Assembly: GCA_963728915.1 (NCBI GenBank)
Contig: CAVSLV010000001.1
Location: 1,632,001 to 1,696,000, forward strand
Length of the DNA: 64,000 nucleotides
Direction: 5' to 3'
Source: an uncultured Gemmatimonadales bacterium
Lineage (GTDB): Bacteria > Gemmatimonadota > Gemmatimonadetes > Gemmatimonadales > GWC2-71-9
This document shows positions 61,246-64,000 of the stretch, one piece after another (the first letter of the stretch is position 1; each line of letters starts with the position of its first letter). Position numbers and translations under genes: made by a program. Under the pieces are notes generated by a model that had not been told where the DNA came from, ran no database searches, and saw only the letters and a list, made by a program, of their open reading frames with translations.

Positions 61246-62652
61246 TTACGCCGGTCCGTCGACATGGCCGAGCTCATGGGTAACGAGGTCCCTGATGGCG
61301 GTGCTCTGAGCGGGCCGAATGCCCCATTCCGTCCGACGAAGCATCAGATCCTCCGGGTAAATCACCGCTTCCTGGTTTGCGATCTCGGAAATGAGTTTGC
61401 GGGCCTTGTCGAGATCGGTGGCCATCAGGCGACTGATCTGATCGGCATCGGGCGGTGATGGTGACGGTACTCGGTCAGGGAATCTCTCTCTCCAGGGTCG
61501 GCGCAACTTGGCGATGACCATCCGGATGGTCTTTTCCGCCACCTTGCGGGCAGTGGTGAACTTCACCCCGGAGATGCTGATCAGGCCCTCCGGCCCCCCC
61601 TGGGAACCGTGGTCCAGAATGACTTCCCGGTCAGAGAACAAAAGGGACTTGTCCCGCTTCACGGGAAGAAAGCCTGGGAGGATCTGTGCTACTTCGTCAA
61701 TTCGAAATCCAATGCTGGGGATTGCCTCGTTAAGGTCCCCCAGGAGATCCGAAACCGCTGCTGGCGGAACCGCGGGAGCGTCAATTGGTCCTTGCCAGGC
61801 GGTGTAGTACGTCCCCGCAAACAGCAGTTCATCGGAGCTGTGAAGAAAATAGATGCGGGAGCCTTGTCGCGGTGGAGATACCGCCAATGCCATCGAGGAG
61901 AGCAATGGCTTTTTCAGCACGAGGTTGAACCCGAGGCAGGGGCGGAAGAGCTCCGGCCGGTCGCGGTCCCAGTTCGCAGCCAGCTCACGGCACCAAGGCC
62001 CGGCGCAGTTCACCACAATCGGAGCACGAAAGGTCAACACGTCCCCAGAGATCCTTTCCCTCACCACAATATCCCCTGTTGCCTTACGACCGATGACCTC
62101 CGCGTAATTCAGAGCCTTTGCCCCGAGCGAGCAGGCCCACTTGATCATTTCAATCAAGACCCGGCTCGCGCTGGACATGATTGCATCGTACCATACCGCC
62201 CCTGCCTGCAACCCCCGAGGGTTGACATGAGGGAAGATCGTCTTGGTTTCGTCAGAGTCGAGGATTCGACCATTTGGAAGAAGGTGCCCCTGATCGCTTC
62301 CCTTGTTTCTGTTTCTTGAGAGGAGGTCATTGAGAGCCAGGGCGGCGCGAAGAATCGTCGGCCGCTTGAGCCCGTTGCCGTAGAGCGGGAGCAGGCAGGG
62401 AAGCGGACTCACCAGTTCGGGGAAATGGTTGAGGAACCACCTCCGCTCAGCGACCGACTCGGCAAACCGGTACAAATCCCCGGTTTGGAGATATCGAAAG
62501 CCGCCATGCACGATCCGAAGGCTGTTCCAGCTCGTTGCTGCTCCAAAATCGGCGCGGTCCAGCAGGAGAGGCCGAAGACCCTGACCCGCGGCCATGAGTG
62601 CGAGCGAGACCCCATAGATGCCGGCACCCACGATTATCAGATCGTAGGACAT
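61246..62652 (-). CDS. FAD-dependent oxidoreductase, glycerol-3-phosphate dehydrogenase/oxidase (GlpD)-like
   Basis: Motifs YDLIIVGAGIYG, DFGAATSWNSLRIVHGGFRYL, VVNCAGPW, GVKFTTAR, DLMLRRT. Start set at ATG 62652 just before the FAD motif. Confidence 0.85.
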   Translation of the reverse strand: MSYDLIIVGAGIYGVSLALMAAGQGLRPLLLDRADFGAATSWNSLRIVHGGFRYLQTGDLYRFAESVAERRWFLNHFPELVSPLPCLLPLYGNGLKRPTILRAALALNDLLSRNRNKGSDQGHLLPNGRILDSDETKTIFPHVNPRGLQAGAVWYDAIMSSASRVLIEMIKWACSLGAKALNYAEVIGRKATGDIVVRERISGDVLTFRAPIVVNCAGPWCRELAANWDRDRPELFRPCLGFNLVLKKPLLSSMALAVSPPRQGSRIYFLHSSDELLFAGTYYTAWQGPIDAPAVPPAAVSDLLGDLNEAIPSIGFRIDEVAQILPGFLPVKRDKSLLFSDREVILDHGSQGGPEGLISISGVKFTTARKVAEKTIRMVIAKLRRPWRERFPDRVPSPSPPDADQISRLMATDLDKARKLISEIANQEAVIYPEDLMLRRTEWGIRPAQSTAIRDLVTHELGHVDGPA

Positions 62653-62681
62653 CGACGCGGCTTCGTTGGGCGCACGCCGGA

Positions 62682-64000
62682 TCATCGCTGAATTCCCGCA
62701 TCGGAAATGGTGGAATCGCCCCTGAGCAGGACATTCCGGGCGATGAAGTCCGTGATGATCGCGTGGCCTCGATCGTTGATATGGGTATCGTCTCTCCAGA
62801 ATACGAGCTCCCCGGAGGCATCGAAGATCCGATACGCTTCCCGGGTCAACACCGGCTTGGCATCCAAACACCGGATGTCCACTCGTCGACACGCGTCAAG
62901 GAGCGCCCGCCCGAAACCGGAATCCTCGAGGTCGGTCGGCTTGCGGGCCCGTCCTTCCAGAATCCAGCGATAGACCTCCGCTTTGGCTGGAAGGATCACC
63001 ACGGTGAGATCGAGGTCGTGCTCCAGGGTGAACTGTCGCACCCCCGCCATAGCTCTCTCGATCCTCGGAAAATTCGGATGCCCCTCCGCCTGAGCCTGGC
63101 TCAGATCGACGTTATTGCGATACAGCGCCTTGAACAGGATAGGTTCCCCATTCGGGAGCTCCCGCCGGATCACCGCACCTGATTGGTCATCATCCAGAAG
63201 AGGGCCGAGAACCATTAGCAACAACTGGCGGATCGGGGATCGCTCCCGATATGCCTGATACCGGATTCTCAAGGCCTTGAGCCCAGTCCGCCTGGGCAAC
63301 GTGGCCAGATCCACATAGTCGTTGGCGGCGTCGGTGAGGTCATTGCCGGTGAACAACACCCAGACGACATGGGCGTGAGGACGAAAGGCGAGCTCCGGGA
63401 ATTCGACCTGTAGATTGACGAACTGGTATTGCGGTCCGGATGGATACGACAGGTTGTAGACGCCGGCACCATACCTCTGTTCCAGCAGGGTCGCGAAAAT
63501 GCTGTCTTGGGTGGTTCCCAAGCCGGCCCCAAACGAGTCTCCGAGGATCAGCACATCGATGTCCCGTCCGGGATGGGTATTCCGAAACCCGCGCCGGTCG
63601 GTTTGAAAACGGATAAACCGCATCTGCCGCACCTCAGGATCTCTCGACATCCCGGCCAGATCTCCATAGGAGTTTCCCTGGAACTCCGAGGAGGGAGCGA
63701 ATCGCAACAACCACGGGATCTCGGGCAGCGACACACTCTGGATTTCGGACTGGACCCGGAGCCCGACCAGCCGAAACGCGAGATCCAGCGTGGCCAGCGT
63801 CAGACAGAAGATCGTGGTGAACACCAGCAGACCCCGGATCCAGAGGATTCGTGGCAAGAGCACGAAGACGACCACCGGAACCACCAGGAGCAGGACGAGC
63901 TTTGGCCGGGCGAGAACGGTATTGTCAAACGGAAGAAACCAGGCGATCCAGGGGTTATCCAGCAGACCTACTGCGAATAGGGTCGTGACTGCGACGACGC
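62682..64000 (-). CDS. Membrane-anchored SGNH-family protein (AlgJ/AlgX-like O-acyltransferase or hydrolase); 5' end lies beyond the window
   Basis: The frame stays open from 63884 to the right edge. TM segments, then TDRRGFRN, ILGDSFGAG, FTGNDL and FWRDDTHIN. Confidence 0.82.
   Translation of the reverse strand, partial: VVAVTTLFAVGLLDNPWIAWFLPFDNTVLARPKLVLLLVVPVVVFVLLPRILWIRGLLVFTTIFCLTLATLDLAFRLVGLRVQSEIQSVSLPEIPWLLRFAPSSEFQGNSYGDLAGMSRDPEVRQMRFIRFQTDRRGFRNTHPGRDIDVLILGDSFGAGLGTTQDSIFATLLEQRYGAGVYNLSYPSGPQYQFVNLQVEFPELAFRPHAHVVWVLFTGNDLTDAANDYVDLATLPRRTGLKALRIRYQAYRERSPIRQLLLMVLGPLLDDDQSGAVIRRELPNGEPILFKALYRNNVDLSQAQAEGHPNFPRIERAMAGVRQFTLEHDLDLTVVILPAKAEVYRWILEGRARKPTDLEDSGFGRALLDACRRVDIRCLDAKPVLTREAYRIFDASGELVFWRDDTHINDRGHAIITDFIARNVLLRGDSTISDAGIQR

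Overview
GC-rich bacterial DNA; the gene style is suggestive of Gemmatimonadota, but this cannot be proven from the sequence. About 54.6 kb (1..54609) is a hybrid cis-AT type I PKS/NRPS biosynthetic gene cluster arranged as two divergent arms. The minus arm holds a terminal NRPS (TubC-type N-docking, C-A-PCP-TE with a Cys-type TE) and a SyrD/PvdE-like cyclic-peptide ABC exporter that runs off the window. The plus arm is an overlapping gene chain: type II TE, six single-module PKSs, NRPS modules for Thr, Ser and Gly, a hybrid PKS module, and a membrane-anchored SGNH-family protein. Docking motifs (REEIEI/REEISL tails with beta-hairpin heads) imply the order PKS1-6 > Thr > Ser > Gly > PKS7 > unknown (possibly acidic) residue > TE. 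To the right are a REC plus degenerate-GGDEF regulator and an exopolysaccharide locus (OPX/SLBB exporter, priming sugar transferase, GT2, GT4, GlpD-like FAD oxidoreductase, second SGNH protein). About 30 apparent frameshifts break the megasynthase ORFs; these are probably long-read consensus errors, so several genes below are reconstructed across frames. Substrate and product calls are motif-based inferences.
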